In this document: positions 63,419-64,000 of the stretch, one piece after another
How the letters are laid out: each line of letters begins with the position of its first letter
Numbering within the stretch: position 1 is the stretch's first letter
DNA from: an uncultured Pelagibacteraceae bacterium
GTDB lineage: Bacteria; Pseudomonadota; Alphaproteobacteria; Pelagibacterales; AG-422-B15
Length of the DNA: 64,000 nt
Direction: 5' to 3'
Assembly (NCBI GenBank): GCA_902610585.1
Contig: CACLWE010000003.1
Coordinates: forward strand, 52,314 to 116,313
The notes under the pieces: model-generated
Told to the model about the DNA's origin: nothing
The model's input: only the letters and a program-made list of their open reading frames with translations
Databases searched by the model: none
Position numbers and translations under genes: made by a program

Positions 63419-64000
63419 TTTTTTTGTAGATATTTTTTAGCAATTTTAACATCGTCAAAAGGAATATTTTTTCCCATGATGGATTGAAATTTTTCGTGAC
63501 CTTTGCCGGCAATAAGAAGCAAATCGCCTCTTTTTAATTCGCTAATAGCTTTTTTTATGGCTAGTTTTCTATTACCAATTTCAGATATGTTTTTTAAATT
63601 TCCAATCACTTCCTTTCTAATCCTTGCTGGATTTTCATATCTTGGATTATCATCTGTGACTATTGCTTTATCAGCATATTTTGAAGCTATTTTACCCATT
63701 AGTGGTCTTTTTTTTCTATCTCTATTTCCACCGCAACCAAATAAAACATGTACGTTTGATGTCTCAAACTTTTTTGACTCTAGAATTGAATTTTTAAGAG
63801 CATCAGGCGTGTGTGCAAAATCAACATAAACTTTTCCACCTTTTTTTGTTCTTCCAACATATTCCATTCTTCCTAATACTGAGGGGCAATTAAGACTGCT
63901 TTTTGATAGCTTTCTAGGATCAAATCCAATTAAATTCAAAATTGAAATTGCAAATATAAAATTTTCAATCTGAAAATTTGGAAAATTTTTAAATTTTAAA
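63415..64000 (-). CDS. murE: UDP-N-acetylmuramoyl-L-alanyl-D-glutamate--2,6-diaminopimelate ligase, 5' end outside window
   Basis: C-terminal domain motifs DFAHTPDAL, FGCGGNRDRKKRP, TDDNPRYENP and GKGHE. The frame stays open to the window edge. Confidence 0.9.
   Translation of the reverse strand, partial: LKFKNFPNFQIENFIFAISILNLIGFDPRKLSKSSLNCPSVLGRMEYVGRTKKGGKVYVDFAHTPDALKNSILESKKFETSNVHVLFGCGGNRDRKKRPLMGKIASKYADKAIVTDDNPRYENPARIRKEVIGNLKNISEIGNRKLAIKKAISELKRGDLLLIAGKGHEKFQSIMGKNIPFDDVKIAKKYLQKK

Overview
Strongly AT-rich, extremely gene-dense chromosomal segment. It looks like a streamlined marine alphaproteobacterium of the Pelagibacterales (SAR11) type. That call is an inference from the two-piece permuted tmRNA, pervasive start/stop overlaps, the near absence of terminators, and the gene content. 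I saw no rRNA, tRNA, CRISPR, transposase, integrase or prophage signal.

Most of the window is core housekeeping:
- fhs at the left edge
- rpmF and hisI
- lpxB and recX
- the mreBCD-mrdA-rodA shape cluster
- leuA and ilvBNC
- miaA, then htrA-DUF2065-hflCK
- mrp, thyX, ssrA, fumC, uvrD, pepP, ligA, bamD, lpxC
- a long dcw cluster, ftsA-ftsQ-ddl-murB-murC-murG-ftsW-murD-mraY-murF-murE, running off the right edge and lacking ftsZ

The left 24 kb is more accessory:
- a tight fnr-methyltransferase-O-methyltransferase-Baeyer-Villiger monooxygenase operon
- a split DUF1214/DUF1254 pair
- an adrenodoxin-type ferredoxin
- a DUF1611/dipeptide-epimerase (DgcN/DgcA-like) pair
- a haloalkane dehalogenase plus nitroreductase
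- an amino-acid/opine ABC importer with no ATPase gene
- an FAD aromatic-hydroxylase-like gene divergent from a glycine-type amidinotransferase

The features most worth follow-up are not in the ORF track or have no family I recognise:
1. Two tandem paralogous ~70-aa two-TM proteins (21579-22074).
2. A 43-aa lysine-rich ORF that exactly fills the SDR-nitroreductase gap, with ArfA-like spacing.
3. A Leu-codon-rich leader ORF plus hairpin upstream of leuA.
4. A GC-rich structured element with terminator-like hairpins inside a divergent promoter region (8549-8663), next to a short uORF and two DnaA-box matches.
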